Assembly: GCF_009914755.1 (NCBI RefSeq) | Contig: NC_060935.1 | From: the human T2T-CHM13v2.0 reference genome, Homo sapiens | DNA length: 64,000 nt | Reading direction: 5' to 3' (one strand) | Shown here: one piece after another, positions 39,496-55,480 of the stretch | How the letters are laid out: every line of letters starts with the position of its first letter | Position numbering within the stretch: position 1 is the first letter of the stretch | The notes under the pieces: model-generated | Seen by the model: the letters and a program-made list of their open reading frames with translations, nothing else | Database searches by the model: none | Told to the model about the DNA's origin: nothing | Made by a program: the position numbers and the translations under genes

Positions 39496-39859
39496 GATGA
39501 GGTTTCTTAAAACAGGCAGTCCTACTCCTAGACATGAGCCCATGATTTCTTCTTGCCAGGCCAAAGTCTCATGTCTCATCTCTGATGTTCCTGCCTAGCT
39601 CCAGGAAGGGACAGTTCAAGAACCCAGTGGAGGTTCCTTACAACCTATTCCCTGGGCCAAGTCTCTCACATGTGTGGGGACACTGTGGAGTTCTGGGTAA
39701 GCTTATTTCTAGCTGCCATCCCCAATTATTTAGCCAGCTGCCTGAGAGCAGGAGCCACGTTTCACTGTCACTCTGTGTTAGAAGGGACATTGGCCATGGA
39801 ATCAGCATCCGTGGACCTTAGTGATGAATTTTTCTCCTACAAGCTGAGTGACTGTTGCC

Positions 39860-40822
39860 AATCATTGTCCCCGACCCTCACTTTCAACCAAGTCACAGGT
39901 TTTTTGAAGTGCAGGGATATCTTCTGTCTTGCACATTTATGAGCTTTCAACCAATAGAATATGGCCAAGGTGATGGGCTGTCAATTCCATGATTATGTTA
40001 AATTGTATAAAACAACCTTGCAGCAGACTGGAATTAGAAGTACTGCCAGCCTTGAAGAAGTTAGCTGCCATGTGAACCGCCTATGGGGGGCGGGGGGGGC
40101 ATGAGACAGGGAACAGTGGGTGGCCTCTGATCAAAATCCAGCAGAGAGCTGACTGTCTGTCCTACAACCACAAAGAACTCAATACTGCTAACAATCACGT
40201 GAGTGATGAGGGTGGAAGTACGTCCTCACATCCTCACAGATTAAGCTGCCTGATCTTAGGCTCACATTTCAACAGCTTCAACAACTTGCATTTCAACGAC
40301 TTGCATGTCCATGACAAGCCCCAGCTGAGCCTCCAGATGAGGACCCAGCCCTTGCCAACACCTTGACTATAGTCTTGTGAGATTTTTTTTTTTTTTTGAG
40401 ATGGAGTCTCACTCTGTTACTCAGGCTGGAGTACAATGGTGCAATCTTGGCTCACTGCAACCCCTACCTCCCAGGTCCAAGCGATCCTCCTACCTCAGCC
40501 TCCTGAATAGCAGGGACTACAGGTGTGCACCACCACTCTTGGCTAAGTTTTGTATTTTTAGTAGAGATGGGGTTTCACCATGTTGGACAGGCTGGTCTCA
40601 AACTCTTGGCCTCAAGTGATCCGTCTGCCTCAGATCCGTCTCCCAGAGTGCTAGGATTACAGGCAAGAGCCACTGCACCTGACAGCCTTGTGAGATTCTA
40701 AGCAGAGGATCCTGCTGAGCCATAGCTGGACTCCTAACCCACAGAGATGATGAAATAGTGTGTGTAGTTTTAAGCTGCTAAATTTGTAGCCATTTGTTAC
40801 ATAGTAATAGATAATTGATACA
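39860..40822 (+). mobile_element. MaLR LTR (MLT1E/F-like) containing Alu 40383-40682 and two templated inserts
   Basis: ccaatagaatatggc..ccttgaagaag..gagcctccagatgag..tttaagctgctaaatttg..taattgataca. Confidence 0.75.
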
Positions 40823-40951
40823 CCAACTTCTTTGATTTGTGTTGAGGGCTTTGTAATCTGCAATGCATTGTAGATGCAGAATACATTACTGGATCCAATA
40901 TCTAGCACAGTGCAGGCATGCTGTACTCTCAATAAATATTTGGGGATAATA

Positions 40952-41243
<292 letters not shown>

Positions 41244-41509
41244 TAATGATTTTTTTTTGGTAAACTGAGGCTAAATGGACATGAAGGTGAGCATTGTGAC
41301 AGAAAAGAAGTCATATAAAGCAGTAGACAGAGTTTTTGAAGTGCAGGGATATCTTCTATCTTGCAGATTTATCAGCTGATTGCATATGGACCTCAGGTAC
41401 AAGCTGGTGGATCCCTTTCGACCCCATTCCTCAGATTTCACTGGCTGATTGTGTGTCAGGGGCCTGACTTTCCTGCTCTCCCGGTTTTTCAGACTTACAG
41501 GCTCGAGTG

Positions 41510-41827
41510 CTGCACCAGCCACTACATGTGGCAATGGAGCAATTGAAATGTGGCTAACTGGAATTGAAATGCATAGTGAATGTAAAACACCCACCAGATT
41601 TTAAAGACTTAGTATAATAAAAAGAGTGTAAAAAATCTTGTTAGTAATTTTTCCATTGATTATATGTTGAAATAATATTTTATATATTTAGGGTTAAATG
41701 AAAATATATTAAAATTAATTTCCCCTGTTTCTCTTTGGTCTTTTTGACATGACTACTAGAAAATTTTAAATTCCATAGGGGCTCACATTCTATTTCTATT
41801 TCTATATTTTCTACTGGACTGCATTGC
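41510..41827. mobile_element. MER33-like hAT-Charlie
   Basis: ccactacatgtggc..ttgaaatgtggcta..aaaattaatttc..actagaaaattttaaatt..ggctcacatt. Confidence 0.72.
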
Positions 41828-41943
41828 TCTAGAGTGCTATTAAAGGGTTAACTTTGTGCTCTCGTCTGTTTTCGTGCCAACCTCTGTGACTCACAGGTTG
41901 AGAACTACTGCCCAAGGTCTAGTTCTGGGTCACCAGAAACTGA

Positions 41944-42336
<393 letters not shown>

Positions 42337-42443
42337 TTGCGGCTGGTTTTAATGTGCTGACTGAGCTGTGCTCCTCACTGTGTAAGGCTGAATAGTCCCG
42401 CACTTCCCTGCCTTAGTGAGCTTGATAAGTGCACTAGGAAATT

Positions 42444-42457
42444 AGCGCCATCTGCTA
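42444..42457 (-). promoter_or_regulatory. Candidate CTCF site
   Basis: Minus strand reads TAGCAGATGGCGCT; matches the core except the leading CC. Confidence 0.35.
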
Positions 42458-42630
42458 CTTTACTTATCTCCTCCTGCTCTTCAGCTCCCACCTATAGCCC
42501 TCCCTGGAGGGGAAGGCCCATAACCCCAGCAGGCGGGGTCTGGGCCTGCGCAGATAGCTCCCAGCTGCTCATTAACGCTGCACAGGGGCTCAGGGTAGGG
42601 CAGGGCCAGCTGTGTGCACCATGGCTGCTG

Positions 42631-42715
42631 TTAGCATCCCTATTTTATAGATGGGGATGTTCAGGTATGGAAAGATCAAGTAACTTGCATCTAGGTAAGC
42701 TGCAGAACCAAGATG
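42631..42715 (-). repeat. Inverted copy of MIR core segment 44586-44669
   Basis: 81/85 identity to the reverse complement. Confidence 0.93.
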
Positions 42716-43079
42716 CTGGCACACCTCCAGGCATCATTTCTTCTCAGTTCTAATAGTGATGCTGAAAATTCTGTCAGATTAGCCATTCAAAGGATTTCTT
42801 CCCTGTTAAAATTCAGCTATCAGGACTGAGTGTGGTGGCTCGCGTCTGTAATCCCAGCATTTGGGGAGTATATATATAAACAGCATCCACCTAATACCAT
42901 GGTTGTGAGAACTGAATGAGATTACCCATGCAAAGTGTCTAGTGCTTGGCACATGTACACACTCAATAAATATTGGCTCTTATTATTTCCTTATTCCTTA
43001 CATATTAAGCACCTGCTGTTTTGGGAAAACAGATGCATCAGACACCACTCTGCTCTTCGATCACAGTCTTGGTGGGGAG

Positions 43080-44345
43080 TTAGATGTGCAGACCCACCTA
43101 CAAGTAGAGGTCGGCCCACTCCTCAGCTCTGTGACACATCCTCATTCTTAAAATTCTGGCCTCAGCCTGCATGACACCCTCTTCTCTAGAATTTCCTCCT
43201 TCCTGCTCCCTGCCATTGGTTCTTTTTCCATGGGCGTGTGTTGTGAACATTGGTTCTGACTTCAGCTCTCTTTCATCTCTCCTCCCCAGTTCCCCTGGTA
43301 TCATTGTCACCCCCAGACCTGTGCACACCTAGATGCCAACAACTTCCAAATCTACCACCAGACCTCCTCCTCAAAGACCAGTATAACCAGACAAGGTGGC
43401 TTCCCTTGGAGGTCTCACAAGCACCTCAAATTCAGCGCTGTGCCTCCTGCATCACTTATCGGATTGAATGGGGCTACTCCCTACTTACCAAGAACCAGCG
43501 AGGCATGTTTGATCCCTCGCTCTTCCTTTGCTTCACATTCAGCCAGCCCTGGTTCTATATATTCGAGCTCCTGAATACCTTTGACTCTGACCTTTCTCTA
43601 TCCCTGTTAACCTGCTTAATGCAAACTCTCACATCTTTGTGTAAAATGGACTCTTTGCCTTCAGTTTCATATTTTCCAGTGTATTCACTATGTTTTCTAA
43701 AAATGTCATTTTTTTTCAAGTTCAACTTCAAATTTAGTACGGTAGAAAGACCCTTGGAAATATGACTTTGCTTGGCTCTCCAACCTCATCTCGTGTAGCT
43801 GTCCCATTGCCATGCTCTGTTCCAGCTACACTGAGTTGCCTTCTATTCTGCACATGAACCGTCACACAATTATCTTTGCATTCACTATTTTCTCCACCTG
43901 GAGAAACCTGTCCTTCTCTTTTATCCTGCCTGTGGCCCCATGGTCTACCTTTCACTGGCCCCATAAGACTCAGAGGTCACATCCTCCAATGAGCCTTTCT
44001 TTTTTAAAAAATTAAAAAGATAGTTTTTTCTTTACAGATGGGGTCTCACTGTGTTGCCCAGATTGCTCTTGAACATGTGGGCTGAAGTGATCCTCCTGCC
44101 TCAGCCTCCCAAAGTGCTAGGATTACAGGTGTGAGCCACCATGCCCAGCAGCGAGCCTTTCTTGACTGCCCCTACTCTGGATTCCCATAGCACACCTGCA
44201 ACCCACACTGTGTATTGTGATGCCTCTCCCACTAGAATGTCAGTGCCTGCAGGGTCAGGACCATGTCCTTGACTGCATCTTCAGCATCTTGTGCAGTGCT
44301 GGGTACAGAGTAGGCACTCAGGAAACAGTTGTTGAAGAAATGAAT
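43080..44345 (+). mobile_element. L2 fragments, with FLAM at 44030-44149
   Basis: Degenerate pyrimidine-rich L2 body ending agtaggcactcag..ttgttgaagaaatgaatg. Confidence 0.6.
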
Positions 44346-44364
44346 GGAGGGAGGTAATGAAACT

Positions 44365-44780
<416 letters not shown>

Positions 44781-45764
44781 TTAGGGCCGCAGGGCTTTTA
44801 AGTGGCTTTCAAAGCTGGCATTTGGTCCAGGTCTTTCTGACCTCAAAGCTTATGCTGTTTTCACTATGCCCTGCTGTCACAGATTTGTCTGAATTCTGCA
44901 CAAGGGCATTTGGATGGAATCTGAAGAAGAAGGGGAGAAGAGCATCAGTGGTCCGCAGTTGTGGCAGCATAGAGCTTAGCATGCAAGAATGTACCTGCCT
45001 ATGGCAAAAGAATGAGGAGAAAATCCAACCCCATGAACAGGAATAGCCTAAATTTACATGTCCACAAAATAAGTTGGTTCCCGTTCTATTTTTCTTCTGT
45101 CTCATACTAGTCACAGATCCTCTCTTGACTTAGATTAGCAGATGGGAAGGGTATTGGATGCCCAAGATTTTCCTTGGACAGTAGGAATCTTTACCTCCAG
45201 ACTTCAGACCTTCTAAGAGATGAACAGATTCTCCCTTGAAGAACTTCAAGTCTGAATGTCAACCCCCCTAAACTTCTGCCCTCATGTCCTAGAAGCCTCA
45301 TCTGTACCTGCCTGACATTTACAGTGGGAAGCTAGTCAATTGCGTGCATGGCCCAGGTTCTAGTCATTGCTAAGAAATGTATATGAGCAAGACTTCTTCT
45401 CCAACTTACTGCCTCTGTTATATTCCATAAAGACTGAGGTCTAGGGTGTGCCTAATGCCTCGGCTTCTAGAAACATCTGCCTCTTTTAGAAGAGCACATC
45501 AAATGCTACCTCTACCGTGTCATGGGTATATCCTTACGGAGCATTCACTCATTGCTTCTCAAGACAGGAATTAGAATCTGTTTTCTGTTTAGTCAAAACA
45601 TGGGCTCAAGCAAGGAGAGATGGGCTGGGATGTGGTGAGGGGTGGGCAAAATATCAAAGGCCCTGAATTTTCAGGAAGCGGGTGTCTAAATTACCACCAG
45701 AGGAGATGGCTGTAAATTACATGCCACGTGTTCATCTGCAGAGCCCACTGAGCCATGCTAAGAA

Positions 45765-45948
45765 AGTGTTTACAGAATCTAGGAAGAGGCAGGAAAGAAT
45801 TCTTCCCTAGAGCCTTCAGAGGAAACACCACTCTGCTATACCTTGATTTCAGATGTCTGGCCTCCAGAACTGTGACAGGATATATTTCTGTTGTTTGAGG
45901 CTACCCAGGTTGTGGTGATTTCCCGCAGCAGCCCTGGCAAACTGATAC
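45765..45948 (+). mobile_element. MaLR LTR fragment (MLT1B/C-like)
   Basis: ttcttccctagagccttcagagg..ccttgatttcagatgtctggcctccagaactgtga..aactgataca. Confidence 0.78.
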
Positions 45949-46339
45949 ATTTTTATATCTGAAAATCCAGGGATTTCTGGCTTTAGGCATGGTTAAATGC
46001 AGGTGCTTATACATACCATGTCATCAGAAATATACCAGTCACCATCTCTGGGTTCTGTTTATCTTGGAGTTGACTTCATTTCAGGTGAGCTCTTTCCAAG
46101 GGGAGCAAAATGGCCCCAGAATATAAATTCCAGGCTTAACTTTGACCAATTTAGTTGTAAAAAGCCTGGGTTTGGTCAATCTTGAGTTCTGTGTCCATTG
46201 CCAAACCAGTTCCTGCCACCACAGGGATGGAGTGCTGTAACTGGCTAGGCCTGAGAACTTTGTGCATCCCTGGAACTGGGAACAAGTGGGGAAATGGGAG
46301 AAGAGAGGTTCTCAAAGGGAAAAGAGGTCCTCAAAAGGT

Positions 46340-46675
46340 TTTCTTTCTTTCTTTCTTTCTTCCTTTCTTTCTTTCTTTGTTTCTTTCTCTCTTTTTTTTT
46401 TTTAGGCAGAGACTCACTCTGTCATCCAGGCTGCAGTTCAGTGGTGCAATCTCACCTCACTGCAACCTCCGCTCCCGGGTTTAAATGATTCTCCTGGCTC
46501 CTGAGTAGCTGGGATTACAGGCGCTCGCCACCATGCCTGGCTAATTTTTGTATTTTTGGTAGAGATGGGGTTTCACTATGTTGGCCACGCTGGTCTTGAA
46601 CTCCTGACCTCAGGTGATCCTCCCATCTCAGCCTCCCAAAGTGCTGAGATTACAGGTATGAGACACTGTGCCCAG
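46340..46675 (-). mobile_element. AluS
   Basis: Full dimer. Confidence 0.9.
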
Positions 46676-46960
46676 ACTCTGAAAGGTTTCTCAGAAGGAA
46701 AACTGAAGGGAGGTAAAAGTAGGAGAGATGTTATTGTCAGAAGTAGTTGGAAAAAAATGCTACACACACACTAAACACACACACACACACACACACAGGG
46801 ATTAGATCATAGAGGGCTGTGACAGGTGAGACAGACAGGCTTGAGAACAATAGACTAAGAGGTGAGAATTGTAGTTACTGGGAGTTCCAAGGAAGATCTT
46901 CCATGGTCAGAAAGGTGTGGGGGTTTGACACAGGGGCAGGTTAAATTAGAGCCAAAAAGA

Positions 46961-47542
<582 letters not shown>

Positions 47543-48781
47543 TGGGTCTTTCCATCTTATCTCACCACTTTTCTGTTACTGCCAGACTTGTTCATTCAAC
47601 AGGTGTTTCGGTGGCTCCTGCCACGTGCCAGGCAGTGATGTGAGAATGGCAGCAGGAAGGAGGACCAGCGTGCTGTCTGTGAGCTTACAAGAAAGGACCC
47701 CTGGACCACTACCAGGGCAGGGCCATGGAGAGGGAACCATTGGTTTCTACCTAGAAACCTATTCTGTGGAACAAGTTATTTCAGATCATCTTTGCCATTT
47801 CCCTGGCAGTTCTCTATGATAAAGTCCACATATGGAAATGGCTGTCACCTGAAGTGACCTAGTATTCGGTCCTGGCTTTAAGTTTCTGGATCTTAGAGAG
47901 ATGTCTTTCAGGACGGATTTACCTGATGGCTCTAAGCCACTGGCCCTTGTCCTTAAGGTCTTAGCCTCTGCTATTTATGTTCACTCATTCACCTGCCCAC
48001 TCATTCATTCATTCCAAAGGTATTTATTAAGCGTCTAACTACAGAAGCATTTTGCTGTGTATCAGGTATACAAAAATGAATACAATGCTGTACTGCCACT
48101 TTTCCAGCGGAGGAACTCATACTCTAGTGGGAAAGACAATATATGAATACATGATTACAGGGTAATATACTAAATGCCTGTGAAAGACATGTGGGAACAG
48201 AGCTGCACCTTCTTCGTGTTCCTACTTAGCAAAGGCAGGGAAGAATCTGATCAATTAATTCCTGCTGAGATATGAAGTATGATAGGAACCAAATAAATGC
48301 ATTACCCTTCCAGGGGCCTTTTTGCTTATTTCATAGCATGTTCATTTTTAGCATGTTTATTATCCAAGGCAACATCAAGTTGTTGGTAGGGCTGGTTTCC
48401 TCTAAGGCATTTTTCTAGTTCTAGTACCACTCCCCTAATTCCAGCTTTTATCACTTCACTCCTGTTCTAATCTTGAATAGCTCCCTGCCTCCTTCCTCTT
48501 CCCTCTCCAGAGCATTCTTCACAAGTCTGTCAGATGAATTTGCCTATAGCACAGTTCTGATTGCAGCCCTCGAATCTGCTGGTAAAGCAATTTAAACTCT
48601 CTTCCCCTCAATTTCCTATAATAATCATTATGGAATGATTCCAGTGATGCCCTGATGCTTTCACTGAGTATTTGTAGTGATGAAAATGAGATCGTTGATG
48701 AAAAATCTTAATAATTATAAGGAGCTATACACATATATTATTACTGCTATGTTCACTGCCCAGCTAAAAAGTGTTCGTGGT

Positions 48782-49272
<491 letters not shown>

Positions 49273-50211
49273 CCCCTCAAGGACAGGTAACTTTTGATTT
49301 AGGTAATTTTAGCTCAATATAGGTAATTATTTGCCAAGGACCTTGCCACTTTTTCCCTTTGTGTCCACATTGCCCCCTGTATCCTTTCCCATTTATATCA
49401 TATATGTCCCAAACATACTCAGGAGGGCCTGGTGAAGGATCTTGAGCATAGAGGTTGTGTGCGTAATATCTGGAGGGAGAGAAGGATGTTGGATAAAGTG
49501 GTTCAGCCACTGGCGGATACAAATTGCCCCCAGAGGAAGCTCATTGAGGACGTTTATTCTTTTTTCCTAAAGGTTTCCTTAGGAAACAACATCTCTTGCC
49601 ATGGAACACATCTGGCTGAGCGAGTACAGAGCAGTGACATTAAATGTAATTGACATTACAGCATCTCTCTGGACCACGCCGATGGAACTACCAAGGTTTC
49701 AGGGCCTGTGTTGCAGCAACGCTAACATTCAAGCTTGCCAGTCATCTGGAACACTGAACTCTTCTCCTCTCCCCCAGGCATAGAATGGCTTCCAGCGTTT
49801 GAGCAAATACAAGCTTCAGATATTTTCTCTCCAAGACGGAGGGCTCAACTGAAAACTTTTATCTAATCTGGTTCTCTGAATTTCCTTTTCTCTCTTGCCA
49901 GCTTCTCTCCTTTGCATCCTATTGCCGTGACCATATTTGTCCCTAAAGATTTACCTCTTCCACCTAAAATTTTGGCCCAAGTATGGAAAAGACAAAATCC
50001 TCCTTCCTTGTGCCCCTTAATAAAGCTAAGGTGGGCGGCAGCATTCAAAAGGAACTCTACTATGAACTAAAGGGAGGGACTGCCCCAAACACACACACAT
50101 AAAGAGCATACACATTTTGTGAAGTATTGGTTTTTAAACAACAGGCTCACTTAACTTACTCATAGGCACTAATTATTTCCATTGCACGGCCGGAGGGATT
50201 CCCTTTTAATG

Positions 50212-50523
<312 letters not shown>

Positions 50524-51534
50524 TCCCTTTTAATTCTTAGGCTTTTCTTCCTTTGGTTCTTTTTTGTTCCCTTTTATAGAAGGTGTTGGGATTGAACACC
50601 TATCATAATGTGGACCTTCCAGCCAATAAATGAGGTTGATGGCCCACACCAGGATGAGTATGGAGCCCTCATACTTCTCAGCTCTTGCTCTCCATGGCAA
50701 GACGGAGTCAATGCCAAACTGTGCCCTCTCTCATCCCCTCCTCCATGCAGGTAGGCTCAAGGATGACTTCCTTGCACCCTACTCTGACTTGACTCTTACT
50801 CGTCAATGAGAAGCTGGTATGGACCAGAAAGCCTGAACATGCAAAACTTGCCCCCTATCCTATAGCTCTGCTAAATAGCTGTAGAACCTATAGGCACATT
50901 GGCTGGGGAGACAGCCCAGCATGGAGGCCACCTAGGCAATGGCCTGTTCTGTGGTGTTGATGAGCCACATTTAGGGGTGCAGAGGGCTTGCCCACTTGTG
51001 TTAGTCATGCAAGTAGGGCCTTGAAAAAGTAGATATTTTATTCTGAAGTTTTATACTGTTTGGCTAGAAGGGATTTAAATCTCTTATGTCAGATATCATG
51101 ACATAAGAGATATCATGACATGGCATGTCATGTCAAATAAATAAGGTGACCACTTAGGATTAGGGGATGATCACTGATTTGGAGTCAGGAGGTCCAGGAT
51201 TGAGCCCTAGTTTTATCAGCAGCTAATCTGAATGACCTTGGATAAATCCCCCTCATTTTTCTGGGTCCCTAAAATAATAACTGCTTTACTTTCCACTGAA
51301 ATGATTATAATTCATTGTGAAGGCCCAGATTTTCACTCGCTGATCAGATGTTCTGATGGGCAGTTATACATCCTTTTGATGAATATAATGGGAAATGAAA
51401 TATGTAGTTACTGTAATTTGTTTGGTGGTCAGAACTATTTCAAGATATGGGGCTCATTGGGAGGAAAATAATAGAAAGAGCCTTGGTGGTTAAAAAGTTA
51501 GTTAGGTGGTTAGAATAGACGATACAGAAATTGC

Positions 51535-51828
51535 TTTGTTTTTTGAGACAGGGTCTCATTCTGTTGCCCAGGTTGTAGTGCAGTGACACGATCTCAGCTC
51601 ACTGCAGCCTCGATCTTCTGGGCTCAAGTGATCGTCCTGACTTAGCCTCCTGAGTAGCTGGGACTACAGGCATGTGCCACCATACCCAGCTAACTTTAAA
51701 ATTTGTTTTGTAGAGATATGGTCTTACTATGTTCACCAGGCTGGTCTCAAACTCCTGGCCTGAAGGGGTCCTCCTGCCTTGGCCTCCCAAAGTGCTGAGA
51801 TTATGGGCATGAGCCACCATGCTTGGCC
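51535..51828 (-). mobile_element. AluJ
   Basis: Full dimer. Confidence 0.9.
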
Positions 51829-52203
51829 TCGGAAGACCTTTCTGACTCTGGCATTCTAGAATTCTTGACTTGTATTACCATTGCACAAGGGAAGTGCTGA
51901 AGCCTGGGCAAGTGCTGAAGGTGGGAACAGCGAGGTGGTGAGAGACTAGGGAAGGCAGGGGAGGGAAAGAGTGTTTACCAGATGATTGCTAGTTGCGACA
52001 CAGTAAATTCGTTCTCTCATTTGGTACTTACGCCCATCGTGTGAGGAAGGTATTATTATTTTAGTGATGGAGAAACCAGCTCAGAGGGGTTAGTTTTGCA
52101 TCTTACAAGAGGTCGAGCTAGAATTTTATTTTAGTTCCAGGTCTACTGGTTTTCAAAACATACATTCTTTTTCTGATACCATAATGTCCTTTCATCCAGA
52201 GAT

Positions 52204-53105
52204 GTGATAGCCAGCCTCCAAGATGGTCCTCAGGGACTCTTGCCTCCTGGTATTCATGTCCTTGTATAGTCCCTATATTGAATAAGACTGAGCTTTGTAA
52301 CCAGTAGGATTTTGCAGAAATGATAGTGTGTGACTTCCGAGACTCAGTCATAAAACATATTATGGCTTCTCCTTTGCTATCTTGAATTGCTGTCTGCGGG
52401 AAGCCAGGTACCATGGCATGAGAATGACAAAGCAGCCCAAGGGGAGGCCCACATGGGGAGGAACTGAGGCTTCCTGCCAACAACCAAAACCTGTAAATAT
52501 ACCATCTTAGGAACTGTGATAGAATGAGTGTTTATGTCCCCCCAAAAATTCATATGTTGAAGTTCTAACCCTCAATGTGGCTATATTTGGAGATGGGGCC
52601 ATTAAGGAAGTAATTAAGGTTAAATGGGTGGGGCCCTGATCCAATAAGATTAGTGTCCTTATGAGAAGAAACACCAGAGAGCTCACTCTCTCTCCCCTCA
52701 CGCACAGGCACTGAGGAAAGGCCGTGTGAGGATACAACAAGAAGGCAACCATCCACAAGCCAGGAAGATAGACCTCACCTGACACTGAATTTGTCAGCAC
52801 CTTGCTTATGAATTTTAGCTTCCAGAAAATAAATGTCTGTTATTTAAGTCACCCAGGCTGTGTCATTTTATGACAGCCTGAGCATACAGGCCAGAACAGA
52901 AGCAGATCCTTTAGCCCCAACCAAGTCTTCAGAGGACTGTAGCCCAATCTTGGCTGCAAACTCGGGCATGATCTTGAGCCAGGACCGCCTAGCTAAGCTG
53001 CTTCTGAATTCCCGATTCATAGAAACTGTGAAATAATAAATGTTTGTTGTTTTACGCCATTAAGTGGTGGTCGGGGGGATTTTTTTGGTAGTGATAGATA
53101 ACTGA
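52204..53105 (+). mobile_element. MaLR LTR (MLT1F-like) with a nested MLT1A-like LTR (52515-52888)
   Basis: Outer tgtgatagccagcctccaagatgg..gatagataactga; inner tgtccccccaaaaattcatatgttgaagttctaaccc. Confidence 0.8.
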
Positions 53106-53807
53106 TGGAAGAAGTGAGGGAGAGGGTCTTTTGTCCCAAGCATTAAAGCCCATTGCCATTTTGTACAGCTGGAAGAAGGAAGCGTCGTTTGCGAGTCTTT
53201 ATCTGTGGTATGGAAATGCTTTCTTCTTTCAGCTATACAAAAAGGTGGAGAAATGTGAGGGGGAGATGCCCAGCTTTGCTCCATCCCACAGATAAAAATC
53301 TCACAAATGTGCTTCCTTCTTCCCAGAAAGCTTTGCTAAGCTTCCCCAGCAGCAGTGCACATGGCTGCAGGGAAAACCTCCATGGATACCAATCACTGCT
53401 TGGACACTTGCTTTCCAGGACTCTGCCTTTTACTTTGTTAAGCAATTATTTTGGTTAAGATTTCTATTCAGTGGCTGAGGCTTGTGACCAAAATAACATT
53501 TAACAGCATTAGGAACAGAAACACTGAGGGATACATTTACTCCCGGGAAAACAGAGGAATCCCAGAGGTTAAAAGCTTGGGGCCAATTTATCACCTGGCT
53601 CTGAATTCCAAAACAAAACTCAGAGGCACTTGGAGAGGTGACCATCACAGAGTAGCCACAGAAGGGTGGAATATTCTGAGTAGTTTTAGGACATTAGATG
53701 TAACCTTCAGTCATCCCAGTCCAGGAGAATACTTGAGTGTCAGAACCAGGATATCTTAGAAGTCACCCAGGGCAACCTCTTTATATCATGAATAAAGAAG
53801 AAATGAG

Positions 53808-54278
<471 letters not shown>

Positions 54279-55234
54279 GAAGTAGTGAAGGCCCAAAGTG
54301 GAGTTACCGGCCTGGGTTCACGGCGTGTAAGTAACGGAGCAGAGACCGGGACGCTGGTCTTTGGATGTTAAGTGCAAGTGGTTCCATTGCCCTTCAGCAC
54401 TGGGGAGAGAGTTGGGGGCCGTTTTCTTCTTCTAAGTGATATTTTGGAACCAACACAGTACTGCCCCATTGCCTTCCCCACAGCCATTTCTTTATTACAT
54501 TATTTTTTTCCTGCTGCTTCCAACCCATTCTCTTCTGCACAAAACCCCCAGTTTCGCTCTCCCAGGCTTTCACACACATTACTCAATCCACCCGAAAAGT
54601 ACTCTGTACTGCTTCACTCAAACTCCGACACCCAGCAAGCCTTTGTCAGGGCAGGAAGATGCAAAGTGCCCCTATTGCACGGTTAGGCTGGGGCTCTAAT
54701 ATTGGCCACTGGTCTGCACTGGGATCTCAGGCAAGTCACGTACTGCCTCTCAGCCTCTAAGTGCCCTTCCAATTATAGTCTGCCATCCCATCAATCAGTG
54801 GATGCAATCCTTTTTAATGAGTTATCCAGCTAACTCTCAATGCGTCTAGATAATAGAATGCTGCAATCTTAATAAAATGCTTCTCTCCTGGAGAAGGCTG
54901 TTTAATGGCTAGAACAGTGGTGGCGAATTCAGGATCGGCGGAAGGTTTGAGTGCCAGTCTCCTCCAATGTTAGAAATCAGTCTTGGGGACTCCAGGGACT
55001 GTGCTGCTCTGGCCTGATGCCTTTGCAGCCCTGGGTGGACCTGCCCTCCTCTATGGGCCTCACTGTCTCCCCCTTTAAAAGGGCACTGCTCGTTGTTTTC
55101 CCACACTTGTCATGCTGTTGGGTGTATTATTTTAGTTTTGCAGTAGACCACAAAGCCAGGAGACTATCTGATTATTTACAGTCTCTAAAATCAGGGTTAG
55201 TTCAACTGTTGTCCTTATGCTGTGCTGAGTTTAA

Positions 55235-55480
55235 CACAGGGGCTTTGGAACTAGACAGACCTGGGTTTGAAATCTGATTTGTCACTTCCTGGCTGTTGAA
55301 CTTGGGCAAGTTTCTTCACCCCTGTGAGCCCCAGGTTGTTTTCATTTACAAAGGGTGGTGCTAGTGATGCACAGCACACAAGGTAGTCATTACTAAGATT
55401 GAATAATATAATTGCATCGAGGGCTTCGATGTGTGGCATAGAGAGAATGTTCAGTGAATATTATCTATGACCATTGCTAT
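55235..55480 (+). mobile_element. MIR
   Basis: ctttggaactagacagacctgggtttgaaatc..cttgggcaagtttcttcacc. Confidence 0.75.

Noticed and set aside
43250-43765. 171-aa ORF
   Set aside because: Lies in degenerate L2 sequence, has a non-ATG start and no protein similarity.
45694-45707. CCACCAGAGGAGAT as a CTCF site
   Set aside because: Lacks the GGC 3' half of the core.
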